Assembly: GCF_000143415.4 (NCBI RefSeq)
Contig: NW_003314314.1
Span: 501,771-565,770, forward strand
DNA: 64,000 bases
Direction: 5' to 3'
From: Selaginella moellendorffii
Lineage: Eukaryota > Plantae > Lycopodiophyta
Shown in pieces: positions 13,233 to 25,732 of this stretch. Both the position numbers and the translations under genes were made by a program. The stretch's first letter is position 1; each line of letters begins with the position of its first letter. The notes under the pieces were generated by a model. It was not told the origin of the DNA. It saw nothing but the letters and a program-made list of their open reading frames with translations, and ran no database searches.

Positions 13233-14858
13233 CTAGGTCTTTGGTGAATTAGCGGTGGCAATATCCTCCATACTATTAACCAAGCCATTGTGTGGATGCT
13301 ATGCAAAATCAAAGATGGTGTGAGGAAATATAAGCAAGAAAACTAGCAGCCTCACTGTGCTAAACAAGAGAAAGAGACCACAAAACCCAACAATTGAGAA
13401 GAAATCAAAGCACATTTCTAAAAGTGATGATAGTTAATTGAGCTTGGTCTCATGTTGTGAAGCTCTTAACTTATTTCTCTGGCAAAGGAGTTAGCCATTG
13501 GAAATATCACAATACCATTGGAAATATAACTATTGTGAAAAAACATATAGCAATCCACCAACAGACCCAACTATGGCCCAGCCATATATTGAAGTGTGTA
13601 AGTACATATATGCCATCCCACCTCCTAGTGTTGGATGCTGCCATCAAAATCCTTATTGAGTAGCACCACTAGCAATCACCACTACCACTAAGAGCTACAT
13701 GCTTCTCCAAGCACTCCATCATGCTTGCCATACTCATGCTTTTGATTCAGAACACTATCAACCTCTCTGACCAAACTCTAAACAATTGTATTACTTTTGC
13801 AAACACTCATTTGTTCTTTTTGTAGGAAGAACAAAGCTGAAATTAGTTGTTTGGTCTTTCTCACATTTAGTTCCCACCACCATTAGCACCACTATAAACA
13901 CCATTTCCACCTGGGCTTAACTTTGGGCAACAAACAGTTATTTAAATATCAGTCTTACTCGTACAGATTAAAGGCTTCTCCCTTCTTTACATAATCCACG
14001 AAAACAAAAGAGGGGATATTATCTAATCAATCCAACCAACCATGTCCAAATTATTTTCTAGTTTTGGCTGAGAGATTTATATTATTTTCATTATACATTT
14101 TTTGTGTTAATGCCCTAGATTCGGACATTGAAATGAGGATATTCTAAGGATATACTTTACTGCAACAAACACTTTTACTTTTGACCAGTCAAATAAGTAA
14201 GGGCGACCTAAGTAAGTTATAACTAAAATATTTTCAAGTCATTAGGGTAAAAGTGTGAGCATTTCGATGCTTGGCGATGTCAACTACTTGGAGCAGCTGG
14301 GATGCCTTTCTCGCATTGCTGCGAGGGTTTCTGCGAGTGGGTGTGTGAGAGGTTGGAGAGAATGTTCCCTCTCATAATCTCATACACGCATGCGAACCAG
14401 CAGGCTCGTTATGCTGCTGGCACGGTATAAAGCTTTCAGAGTTTTCTTTTCTCCGCTGATCATACTGGGTGTTTGATTAGATGTTCGTGACCGGCAACCG
14501 CGAGTTTGTTTTGCTGAATGCAAATCACATGGAGCTCCTGGTGGAGACGTTTATGGAGCGGCACAGGATCTGGTGTGGTTCGTGAGCAAGGATCAGAAGG
14601 TGACCAGGGACGAGGTTTACATCTGCTTCCCCGAGATCAGCCAAATAGGTGACCTTATAGTCTCTTTATCACTCTTCCAGCTCTCAAATTCTCTCATTTC
14701 TTTTGCAGCTCGCCGTCGTCTCGCCTCTGTGATGGCTCTCAAGCTCGCTCCAATTCATCAAGAACTTCAAAACGTCAATGGAAATCAACAAAAGTCAACA
14801 AAGTCAATAAACCTCAAAGACTATTGACTTTCTTTGCATCCTAAACAATGTCCATCGT

Positions 14859-17420
14859 ATGAGACAGCCGCACGATTTGGTGGCGCTCTTGCGATCGTGC
14901 GGCTTCCATCGCGACCTGGCGCGCGGTCGGCGAATTCACGCGCAGATCCTGTCGTGCGAGCAGTGGCCCTCGAATTTCCTTGCGAATCAGCTCGTCCTCA
15001 TGTATGGCAGATGCAAGAGCGTCGAGGAGGCGTGCGAGGTCTTCAATGGCATCACCCAGCCGGATCTCTTCTCGTGTAACATCATGCTCGACGCATTTGC
15101 CAAGAACGGGCAATTGTGTCAGGCAAAACACTTCTTTGATTTCATGCCCGCTCGAGATGCCATTTCGTGGAATGTGATAATCAAAATTTTTGCCTTAAGC
15201 GAAAATTTGCAATGCCTAGACACTGTGTGTAATCGGCTGCCTGCTTACGGCATAAACTCCTGGAACTCTATCATTGCAGCATTTGCCCAGTTCGGGGAAA
15301 TACTCCAGGCTAAGCTTTTCTACGAGAAGATGAAACGTTATACTGACGACACTATTGTCGCATCGACTGCTATAATAGTTGCGTATGGGAGGTCTAACCT
15401 GGCCCACGAAGCTAAAGTTTTGTTTGATTCCATGCCGCAGAAAGATGTAATCTCATGGACTGCGCTCCTCGCTGCAAATGCCGGAAGAAGGGACCTTGTG
15501 GAACTTGCAAGAATGATCTTCGCGGCCATGCCGCAGTGGAACTTGGTCTGCTGCACGACCATGATCCAGATGCTGGCTCAGGACCGAAGCTTGGATCAAG
15601 CACGCGATATCTTTGATCGATTGCCTGAAAGGAACATCGTCGCCTGGACTGCAATGATCCAAGCCTACCTTCAAAGCTGCCAGTTCCACCAAGCGAAGCT
15701 CCTCTTCGATCAAATCCCATTCCCTCCCGATTCCACGCTCTCCACCTTGCTGATCTCTTCCCTCCCGCGAGACGCTTCCATCGACGACGCTATCGCTATC
15801 TTCAACCGCAGCTCCCCACGCGATCCAAGAACCTGGGAGGCGATTCTCTCGGCCTTTTTGCAACTTAGTCTCGTCCAGGAAGCTAACAGCGTCTTCTGGA
15901 TCATGCCACAGCACTCGACGATCGCTTGCACGATCATTCTCCGCGCTCAAACCGATACCGCGACCTCCAAGCTCATCTTCGATCAAATGGAGCACCGGGA
16001 TGCCATCTCTTTCAACGCGATGATCCAGTCCTTCTCTCAGCACCACGATCTGGAGGCCGCTTGCGAGATCTTTCATGCAATGCCCGCCTGGGAAGCCTGT
16101 TCTTGGACCACCATCCTCCAGTGCTATGCCCAAGCTGGGAATATCACCCAAGCACGCAGTGTTTTCGATGCCATGGCCGAGAGGAACGTTGTCTCCTACA
16201 ACGGACTTCTCCAAGGATACGTTGCCAGTGACAATTTTGAGCTCGCCAAGAACACCTTCGAGAGAATGCCCGAGCACGACGTTGTGAGCTCCACGACGAT
16301 GATCTCGGCGTATAGTCGGAGTCGAGGAACTCTCGATCAAGCTCGAGCGCTCTTCGATACTCTCCCGGCGAGGGACGCTGCCTGTTGGAACGCGATGGTG
16401 TTTGCCTATGCCCGAAATGGTTTTCTCGCCGAGGCAAGCCGGCTCTTCGCGAAAGTTGGCTCCGCCAACACCGTGCTGTGTAACGAGATGATGGCTGCGT
16501 ATTCTCGGGCCGGGCTCGTCGAGAAATCTCTAGAGCTTTTCCACTGCATGCCTCGACGAGATCTTGTGTCGTGGAACTCGGCTCTCGGTGGCTGCTGCGA
16601 GAATGATCTGTTCGTCCAGGCGAGAGAAGTGTTTGACTTGATGCCTCAGAGAAGCGATGTGTCGCTCACGACGATGATTTCTGTGTGCTCCCGGGGCGGT
16701 AAACTGGAAGAAGCTGAGCATATATTCACGAGCATACCTACGAACCAGGAGAACGGCGTGGCTTCCACGGCCATGGTTGCAGCGTATGCTCGAAACGGAG
16801 AGTTGGAGCGAGCGAAGAAGCTATTTGAGACCATCTCGAGGCCGACCAGTGTTTCCTGGATCGTCATGATCGCTGCTTGCGCTCAGCACGGCCTGGTGAC
16901 TGAAGTGATCGAGTTGTTCCACAGTATGCCGGTGAGGGACTTCAAGTGTTGGAATGCCACCATTGCAGCGCTGTCTCAGAACGGCTGTAGCAAAGAAGCA
17001 GTCGAGTTGTATAAGTTGTTCCAGCTTGAAGGTCTGGAGCCGAGCGAGATCACTGTGCTGAGCGTGTTATCTGCCTGCAGCCGTGCTGGATTGCTGGCCG
17101 AAGGTTACGAGTGTTTCAAGTCAATACAAGCGGACGACCGGCTGAAAAAACTGATGTCACCGGAACATTACGCTTGCATGGTTGATCTTCTCTCTCGAAC
17201 TGGGAACTTGTCCGAGGCCCGGGCTTTCATAGAAAGCATGCCTCTCGCTGCAAGTAGTTCTGTTTGGAATTCACTGCTGGGTGCTTGTGGAACTCAGAGT
17301 GAAAAGCTCCTGGGTATAACAGCTGCACAACAAGCCATGGAGCATCCCAACGCAAGATCCTGCTCGTCACCATACGCGGCACTCGCAAACGTCCACTGCA
17401 TGGAACTAGATTTTTTATGA
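14859..17420 (+). CDS. PLS-class pentatricopeptide repeat protein with E domain (no DYW)
   Basis: 853 aa intronless ORF of short PPR motifs (FDxMPxRDxxSWxxM), HYACMVDLLSRTG and WNSLLGAC; ends in the E region. Confidence 0.93.
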   Translation: MRQPHDLVALLRSCGFHRDLARGRRIHAQILSCEQWPSNFLANQLVLMYGRCKSVEEACEVFNGITQPDLFSCNIMLDAFAKNGQLCQAKHFFDFMPARDAISWNVIIKIFALSENLQCLDTVCNRLPAYGINSWNSIIAAFAQFGEILQAKLFYEKMKRYTDDTIVASTAIIVAYGRSNLAHEAKVLFDSMPQKDVISWTALLAANAGRRDLVELARMIFAAMPQWNLVCCTTMIQMLAQDRSLDQARDIFDRLPERNIVAWTAMIQAYLQSCQFHQAKLLFDQIPFPPDSTLSTLLISSLPRDASIDDAIAIFNRSSPRDPRTWEAILSAFLQLSLVQEANSVFWIMPQHSTIACTIILRAQTDTATSKLIFDQMEHRDAISFNAMIQSFSQHHDLEAACEIFHAMPAWEACSWTTILQCYAQAGNITQARSVFDAMAERNVVSYNGLLQGYVASDNFELAKNTFERMPEHDVVSSTTMISAYSRSRGTLDQARALFDTLPARDAACWNAMVFAYARNGFLAEASRLFAKVGSANTVLCNEMMAAYSRAGLVEKSLELFHCMPRRDLVSWNSALGGCCENDLFVQAREVFDLMPQRSDVSLTTMISVCSRGGKLEEAEHIFTSIPTNQENGVASTAMVAAYARNGELERAKKLFETISRPTSVSWIVMIAACAQHGLVTEVIELFHSMPVRDFKCWNATIAALSQNGCSKEAVELYKLFQLEGLEPSEITVLSVLSACSRAGLLAEGYECFKSIQADDRLKKLMSPEHYACMVDLLSRTGNLSEARAFIESMPLAASSSVWNSLLGACGTQSEKLLGITAAQQAMEHPNARSCSSPYAALANVHCMELDFL

Positions 17421-17466
17421 GCCAAGCAAGAGAGTAAAAGTGACAAGGGATCACCTTATGGTTTCG

Positions 17467-20400
17467 TTATTCCTCCTCTGCGACTGCCACCATAACATCT
17501 TCTATTGACCACGTTCGACGCTCAGCTTTGTTTGGTGGATTTATGATGGCACGCTCAGCTGCAGCAGGCCGGTAACCGATGATAATCTCGTGTCTTTGCC
17601 TTGCACGGATCATCACCTCGTAAAAATTCAGCTCCTCTTGGTCATACAAGTAGAGTGCTGCAGTTCGTATGTATAATTCATTGCCCTGTAAAAACAAAAC
17701 AAAGATTCAAAAAGGAAAACAAAGAACGAAAAGGAACTCACCTCTTCAGAGAAAAGCTCTTCGAGGACACGGTTGATTTGTTTATCTTCAGCCACCATTG
17801 CTAATGCCATACTCACTAACTCATTAGAAAGCACGTAATCACCTATCTTAGAGACTGAGACCAGATGCCTTGTTCTAGAGTCAAGGATCTCGCTGATAAT
17901 GATTGACTTGTTAGAAGCTTGCTCCATTTCTCGTATCCAAGATGTGTGACTCGAGCCTGCTTGCCGAATTTGTACAGTTTTTGTTTCTTTGTAAGGCAGC
18001 CGTTTGGACTGAAAAACAAAATTAAGGAATTTTGTATCGCAAAGTAGGATCTGAACGTACCTGAATATCTCGAATCAATAGCAGCGTAGCTAAGGAGCGC
18101 GAATCTGCTTTAACAACAGACTCTTCCAGAGCCTCATCTGCCAGGATCAAAATCTATCCGTACAATAGATAGTGAAAACGTTTTTAAAAAAAGATCTAGC
18201 AATCTGTCCATACCGAATCAAACGTTTCCAAAGGAAGACTTTCAAGGTGACGACGAATGACCGCATTTCCCTCGCGGTGTACGAGCTTGATATTAAACAA
18301 CAACTGCGGATCAAGTCCACCATCCAACAGTTTCTTCTCCCTCTCATGCTCGGGGACTTCGCTAAACATCCATAACTCGGAACCTTGGGCAAGGAAAGCT
18401 TCCAGTACCTGCAAAAAGAAAGAAACAAACTTGGTAAGACACTCATCTTTAAAGCACTAGAAAGCATTCAGAGAGAAAAGTAGTGGGAAGTGGGAGGAAT
18501 ATCGGTGTCTGCTTCAGCTGCGCTCATGGGACCTCCACGAGTAACCTTACCATTATCATGTCATCCATGTCTCGTCTCCAACCACAAAACAAAACCTTCT
18601 CAGGATACTTTCGGTGTGACATGACTTTCGGCAGAGGTCCCGCTCGCACCTGCAGCCGGGGGAGGGGAAAGGGTGAGCACAGCAGAGATCTTGCCATCTT
18701 ACCATAATCATATCCTCAACATCACGGCGCCAACCACAGAGAAGCATCTTCTTTGGGACCTTTGGCTTTCGACAAACGTCTAGTTCAGGTGAAACATTTT
18801 CAACCTGGTCACATGAGACGTTCCATTTTCAGTCCGCTACTATGCTTTCTCTCCCCCCAAACTTACCTTTTTTTCTTCCTAGACTATAAGCTTCCTATGA
18901 CTACTTTGCTAGTAAACTTGAAAAGCAAAAGATACAGTTCGTACCTTTGGCACAGGAGCTGGTGCGTAAGTGTCGTCATCTTCTGCAATAACCAGAAGCT
19001 CGTCCCCTTCAAGTAGTATGTAGTCGTCTTCCGGGTTGAGAAGAATGCGGCCATTGGAGGCTGCTTTCACTCCACAAGGTACAGCATCCGGGAAGCTGAT
19101 CAAAACGTCTTTGAAGTTCAGGCCATCCAGCTGAGGCCACCTTTTGATGTAGAACTCGGCGTTGTCAAACCCGAGTATGTCCTCCCAGATCTGCAAAAGC
19201 AAGAAGACTTTAAGACAAAGGATGGTTGATGTCGAACCTGAGCAAGTCCCGGTTGTCTTGCACATTGGATCATAAGGCGGCCAATCACGTCATGTGCTAC
19301 TACTGTCTCTACCATTTCTCCACCGACGAGCTTCACCAGTGGTTCGTTGTCGATGTCGCTTAGCTCTACTACAACATGTCCCTTGAGCCCTTCCTTGACT
19401 CCGGCAAGGCTTAGCACCACACGTAATGCTCGCGCGTCACTCTACAACATCAAAACCATTAGGACAAGGACAGTCGTTTGCAAGGTTTTACCTGATCCGC
19501 ATTCTCGACTTCTGCAAGAACTATAATTGAACGCGCTTTAGAAACTGAAACCTGGTTTCACAAGTTAAGGTGTCATGTAAGAAATAAGTCTCTGGTACCT
19601 TCTTGAGGTCGGCCATAATGAGAGGACTACCACTTCTGCATATTACTGAAGTTCCCATGAAATCAAACTCCAACTTTGCTATGTCAATCTCCATTTGCTC
19701 CTTATCTCGCTCTGCCAGTACAACGACAATGCTGCCACCTAAACTCTGATTTGCAATTGCTAATTGTTTCAAGAGCGATCCCTGAAAGCATGTATTAGTC
19801 CGGAGCCGAAAACTAGAGAAGCAAAATCCATGCTTACCAATTTATCACTCCATCCAAGAACCAGTGTATGGTTACTCTCTATAACTTCGCTTTTGCCTTT
19901 CTTGAGCGAGTCCACCTTCTCTGAAATGGCGTCCGAAACGAGTCCCAACATGAGAGCAAAAATAAGAAGTCCTCCCAAGCTGATGCAGACCGAAACAAAT
20001 CTCGGACCAAAACCGATGTTGTCTGCGTGATTTCCAGAGTCTGCAACATAAGTCCACGCCCTCCAAAAGGCATCCCAAATGCTATCCTGGCTAACGGCAT
20101 ACAGTGCTAATCCCCCTACGACTATAAGCACTAGAGTTGCCAGCAACAGTGCTAGCGGCTTCACGTAAGAAAAAGAAGAAAAAACGACGTCTACCCTGTA
20201 AGCTAACCTCGTACTCAATGGGACCTCTTCTTCGTTGCTTCTGTCACTCAGCCCAAGCTTGGGAATCTGATCGAGAAACTTATGCAGGAGAAACGGCATG
20301 ACCAGGAAAAAACTGGAAAGGAGCAAGGCATAGTTTCTAATTCCTCTCGTACGCAACACTTCTACCTCAGTTTCTACTTCCCGGATAATCTGCGGATCGA

Positions 20401-21252
20401 TTGTTTCAACCTCTCTGCAAAACTTGACTCGTACGCTGCATTCTGTCAGCTCTTTCCTGGTTTTAGCCACCTCTTGCTGCAAAAACAAGCAGAAAAGGTC
20501 AATCGATGGCTCGATGAAAGTTGTTATACCTCCAGATGAACTGCCTGGTCCCGCATAGCCAAGGCATACAAAAGAACAACTGAGCATGCGATGGATAGCT
20601 GGAAACGAGAAACACGTAGACCAGAAAATCTTTCTCGAAGAAAAGCCTTGAAGCTTACCAATATAAACGTCGTAGGCCATAGGTAGGATCTCTTTGTTTC
20701 CAAACTCACGGCCGGCACTGTTGCATGCTTCGGAATGTTGATCCTTGTAGCAAGATCACTCGAAAAATTGTGTACTCCCTCAGGACATAGACCAGGAAGT
20801 TCTTCCGCTGAAAGGACCGGCTGAGGCAGTGATTCTCTTCCTGGCTTCTCAAGCTCGGGGTCGTCTTTGTGAAGTAGATCCGCATTCCAGGAAACCACTG
20901 TTTTTCCAGACTCTTTTGCTGCTTCCCCCTTCTTCGAAACCTTTCCAGGCCTGGAAGTGACTGCATCAGGGGAGGAGCTCGTTGCTGTAGAGGCGTTGAA
21001 CCGTCTGATAGCGGGCAACAGTGGACCTGGAATTCTGCCGGCATTGGTCGGAGAGATCGAGCGAGACCGTCGTAGAGGCCGTCTCACTGTCGAAGATCTT
21101 AGCAAGCTCGGTGCTGAGTTTGGCGGGCCAAGCTGAGCTAGATCGTCTTTCCCACGCATCCTTCTAAAAAGAAACCGCACAAAGTAGATGTCATAGCTTC
21201 GAGCTAACAAAGGAAGGAAAGCATTTGTACCTTTCTCATTCGTGGACGCCAT
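17467..21252 (-). CDS. CASTOR/POLLUX (DMI1-like) nuclear-envelope cation channel, multi-exon
   Basis: Filter motif ADSGNHAD; IFALMLGLVSDAISEKVDSLKKGKSEVIE; VAHDVIGRLMIQCARQPGLAQ; YVLSNELVSMALAMVAEDKQINRVLEELF; GT-AG introns. Paralog identity not resolvable by eye; start codon approximate. Confidence 0.93.
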
Positions 21253-22656
21253 TGAGCAACATTGTCAGAGCTTTAGAACTGGAAACCAAGAGTTTTGAGG
21301 AAAGAAAAAAAAAAATTTAGAGAAAACGCTCATACCATTTTTATTCGAGAAACCATATGATCTTCTCGTCAGTGGCGAGAATGCTTGGAGCTCAAAACCG
21401 GGACTCCAAATCTGAGGCACTTGAATACCCTGTGAACAAACAGTGCCAGTGCCGAATAAACTTCTCGAGACTGTAGATCACGAGAAATCATGTCGCATAT
21501 GCGCTTCCAGAATCCAGAGTTTTTAAATTCATCCTCCTGTTTCGATCGAAAACACAAAATCATACCTCGATGGAAGAAACATACTAAAGAATCTAGGCAA
21601 GAAGAACTCGTCCAGAAAATCAACCAGGAACAAATTTCACTCGATCAGCCTCAGCTTCGATCGCGGCCGCTATGCGATCAATCTAACAATCCAAGGATCC
21701 AATGGCCCGCAACTTAGTGAGTTAAGGTTTCTTGCCATTGCCTCCACACAAGACTTCAAACGAAACATCACTAGTCTTCTCTTGGGATGGACTCCTCTCA
21801 CACCTCTTAATCGTATGCCTCCAATCACAGGAAGCATCGGCCGCGAAGGGCATGCTGGCGAGCAAATCCCGCGCACACCCAAGGAATCCCCCTTGGACCT
21901 AGGTTCCTTTTTTCTAGGCTCGTTGTCTTGGAAGATTGCACATTCCATTTGTTCCACAATTATTTGTCTATCAAATAGTCTTTCTAAACCTCCTTGTGAA
22001 ATTGTTTGGCAAATGACTCAGCACATGAAAGAGGAGACAATCCACCTTCCAAAGCTTGGGTTTGATCCCCGGTGGGGATGGTGAAAGATAAATTCATCCA
22101 ACTGAGTTACTGTAAAGTTCACTATTAGCATGAAATTGTGCTAGAGTTATTAGCCATTTAAGTTATGCATGAAGTACTTACATTTATTATTAATCATTTT
22201 TGTTTTATTTTGAGTTGGATAAAAACGTTGTATACTTTAAACAGCTTAACTTAAACTTACAAATATTTATTTCAAATATATTTTAATTGTGCAAATTTGT
22301 CTTTCTTTTCATGCAATTATTACTTTTACTCATCATTGTTTAAGATATGCACCACACTTATTTTCAAACAATAAATGCAATATATATCTTAAAAATTCAC
22401 TTAAATCAATATTTAAAATTAAATATAATAAACATGATAATGATAAAATTTTAAAACATTAGCTATAAAGAAACCCCCACCTGAATATGTTTATTCTTGT
22501 CAAAAATAAAGAAACAAGTCTAGCCAATTATTCTCATCTTTTATAGGAAACATAATGCCCTAAATCAATTCTAATCTAAATTCTAATCTAGTTCCTTCTC
22601 AAACTCGTCATCATAGCTGATTTTTGGGAATAAAAATGGGCAATTTTATGTGATTA

Positions 22657-22658
<2 letters not shown>

Positions 22659-22698
<40 letters not shown>
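22659..22698. repeat. (TA)n microsatellite
   Basis: Seen directly. Confidence 0.95.
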
Positions 22699-22704
<6 letters not shown>

Positions 22705-23379
22705 GAACTTGGTTTTTATAATGAATATTATGTGGATACATTAATTTATTAGTTTAAAAATTTTAAAATATATTAATTATATAGTTGATTTATTGTTATT
22801 TTTATTTACAATATTAAGCAAAACTTAAAGGATATAAATGATGGATAACTTAGTGGATGGCATAGAAATTTTAAAGGTAATTGTTTAAATATTTAAAATT
22901 ATACTACTCAACTTTGATTTTTTATAAGAAAAAAGTAAAAAAGTTGATTATATAATTTGAAATAATAAATTAGATTTGATATAAATTTGTTTGTATTTTC
23001 AACTTAGACTCAGTTGTTAGCAAAAGTACATGATTGGTTTGAGACTGAGTCTAAGTTATGGTTAAGGTAAGAGATTTATTTATTTAATTATTCCAGCTTA
23101 AATCCATCGTACAATTGCATGATCTTATGCTCTTAGATCATGAGCGCCCACGCTCATGATCTAAAACATTACATTCTTGCATTTTCTGATTCGTCCGAGG
23201 ACGCTATTAAAGATGACGCGCGTTATAAAAGCTTTGAGCTTTGAGAGAAGAAAACAAAAAATGAAAGAAAAAGCCATTTTTTTTCTCGTTAGTGGCAAGA
23301 GTCCTCATGTACCCAAACACAAAGAAAGAAGAAAGAGCAGGAGAAAATAAAAAGACCTTTCCTCCCATGTATGATACTT

Positions 23380-23662
23380 TCAAAACGCCAGCTCCGCGAA
23401 CAATCGCTCAAGATCATCCGCCTCCGTGGAAGTCCGGTCCTGGCAGGTGCGCGACGAGATTAGGGCAAAAATAAACTCGTCGCTCGCTGCTCACCTGGCG
23501 TGGGATTTTGAGAAGATCGAGCATTTTGCCCAGGACCTTGAGACGATGGATCGCATACGCGCTTGATCGCGGCAGCTTTTTCACTCGATCGACCTCAGCT
23601 TCGATCGCCGCCTCCCGCGTCTTGTCGTCGCCGCATTGTGGCTTGACGCGATCAATCTCCAT
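23380..23662 (-). CDS. Small conserved plant protein of unknown function, two exons
   Basis: Exon 1 MEIDR...EAEVDRVKKLPRSSAYAIHRLKVLGKMLDLLKIPRQ, GT-AG intron, exon 2 DRTSTEADDLERLFAELAF*; resembles a recalled family of ~70 aa plant proteins. Confidence 0.7.
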
Positions 23663-23720
23663 GGCCAAGAACCTAAAGATTTACCCTCAATGCCAGAAAC
23701 CCGAGGACTAAAAACAATGT

Positions 23721-23793
23721 GACTCCATGGCCCAATGGATAAGGCGCTGGTCTACGGAACCAGAGATTCTGGGTTCGATCCCCAGTGGAGTCG
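23721..23793 (+). tRNA. trnR-ACG: tRNA-Arg (anticodon ACG)
   Basis: Acceptor stem GACTCCA/TGGAGTC, anticodon arm CTGGT-CTACGGA-ACCAG, GGTTCGATCC T-loop, upstream CAA and downstream T-runs. Confidence 0.97.
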
Positions 23794-23956
23794 ATTCTTT
23801 ATATATACATATTTTTATTTTATTACAAATACAAATGCGAGCCTCCCCTTTATATCGTTATATAGGCATAACAGGCGTTATGCGACAGTACAATTTTTGA
23901 TATTTTATCGATATATTCTGTTAAGCCTTTTATGCGCATTTTTACATGACTGCTTT

Positions 23957-25410
23957 TTACCCAGGAAGATAAAAATCCATGGTGTCCACTGGTAAATTTA
24001 GCACTGACGTCTCAACCTTCCAAAGAAAATCACAACGATGATCAAAGAAGAATAGAGAGAACCGTATACCTCTTCAAATGGAACAAACACGAATGGCGCT
24101 AATCCTTTTTTGTGAGTCACGGCAGGCACATTCGGGTTGTGGCTCTCGTCTTCCTCCCAGTTCTCCACGGAGCTCAGGATTTCCTCGTCGGTGCTAACTT
24201 CGATGTCGTCCAGGCCACTGGTGACGAGCAGCAGCAAATCCAGTCGATTGTTTGCACCTGGAGTAGTACTACGAATTCTGCAATACAAAACCATGAAGAA
24301 AGATCTTTGACAAACTCAATCTTACTTGAGGCGAATTCTCAGCACTGTAGGCCGTAGCCCCGGATAAACCACGGCCGCATCCACCTACAAAAGAACTTTG
24401 GCGATTCAGATAAAGAAAAAGGGAGCACCTATTTCATTGCCTGGGATTGTGCGAGCGTGTACCGTCCCCCGTAAATGTTCTCCTTGGTAGCGCGCCGATT
24501 CATTGTCTTTGCGATTTCCTTAAGCCTCAGCGCAGTATTCTAAAGCACAAAAGGATGTAAGCTCCGAGAAAATGTGCAGAGGAACTTCGCTACCTTGTAG
24601 AGGAACCTTCCATTCGGAAAGAAACGAATATATCTGTAGTAGCAGACCTGGAACGACGAGAAAAAAAGCCATAAGTTCATCCAAAACGGGAAGAGATCAT
24701 CTTACCAGATGAACTGGATTCGTAACCTTCCATTCAGCAACACCGGCGCGAATGTAAGTGTTGCGGCTCACATAAATACCTGGGACAAGCACCTCAGTCA
24801 CTCGAAGATCTTAAAGAGTAACTGCAAGGAAACCATCAAAGCGAAGCCTGGGACGATGATGCCACATTTTTCGCCAAGAGCCACCGTAGTTCTGAGTCAA
24901 TATCTTTCTGTTTCCTTCGACACCATGAAGCTGGAAGGTCATCACAGCAAAGTCACGTTAAAACATGGAGAGAGAAAAGAAGTGCTCTTGCCTGCCATGT
25001 CTTTAAGCATGCCAAGCGCCAAAAGACGGGATTGCGAATAGCATATCGCCACTTTCTACACACACACGACGCCTTTCCCAGCGTGTAGGGAGACAGACGC
25101 ATAAAAATCTGTGAGCAGCACACTTAGAACAGCAAACGAAGAAAAATGGCAAAAACCTCATGAAGTATATCTTCGGAAAGTTTCCGATGCAATAGAGAAG
25201 GATCGAGTTCGATCTGGTAGCTTTGAGCAACCGGACGTATTCTGGTACCGTAAAGATCTAGCAAAAGAATAAAAAAAGATGAAAATGTAGAACTTCAATC
25301 CTCGAGCAAAGAATAGTACGCTTACCCAGCCAAGGTCTCGCTGTTACAAAGTACTTCACTGGTCTGTACACTTCTGTGTCGTTAATAATCGGATGAAAAA
25401 CCATAGCCAT
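23957..25410 (-). CDS. FBP7: F-box protein 7 (FBXO9-like), multi-exon
   Basis: Exons encode [89 protein letters not shown] and [12 protein letters not shown]. Confidence 0.88.
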
Positions 25411-25732
25411 TGCCCCCTGGAAAGAAGAAACCTAGTGCTCAGATCAATTCCTAGAGACTGCTATACCTTTCCACGATCGCGTCTACAAGCTGCGCCTAGG
25501 CTTGGGGAGGATGAGCGCCTTGAATTTCACCTGCAAACACGCGCCCGTCGATCAAATCCCTCGAATTCCCACGAGAACTTACGATCAAGCGCGCCATAGG
25601 CCGTGCTGCCGCCTCACAATTGAAAACCCTCGCCAATGATATCGTACGGAGATAATATTCTGCCTACGTGGCTAAGCAAGTTTTATTAAAGATAAACAAT
25701 TTATCTTAAATAATGGAGGGGTCCTCGTCTTG

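Noticed and set aside
15453-16340. 295-aa antisense ORF and similar shadow ORFs over the PPR, XYLT and LCAT genes
   Set aside because: Expected by-products of GC-rich coding sequence; no recognisable motifs.
23735-23995. 86-aa ORF starting inside the tRNA
   Set aside because: Overlaps the tRNA and the FBP7 3' end; spurious.
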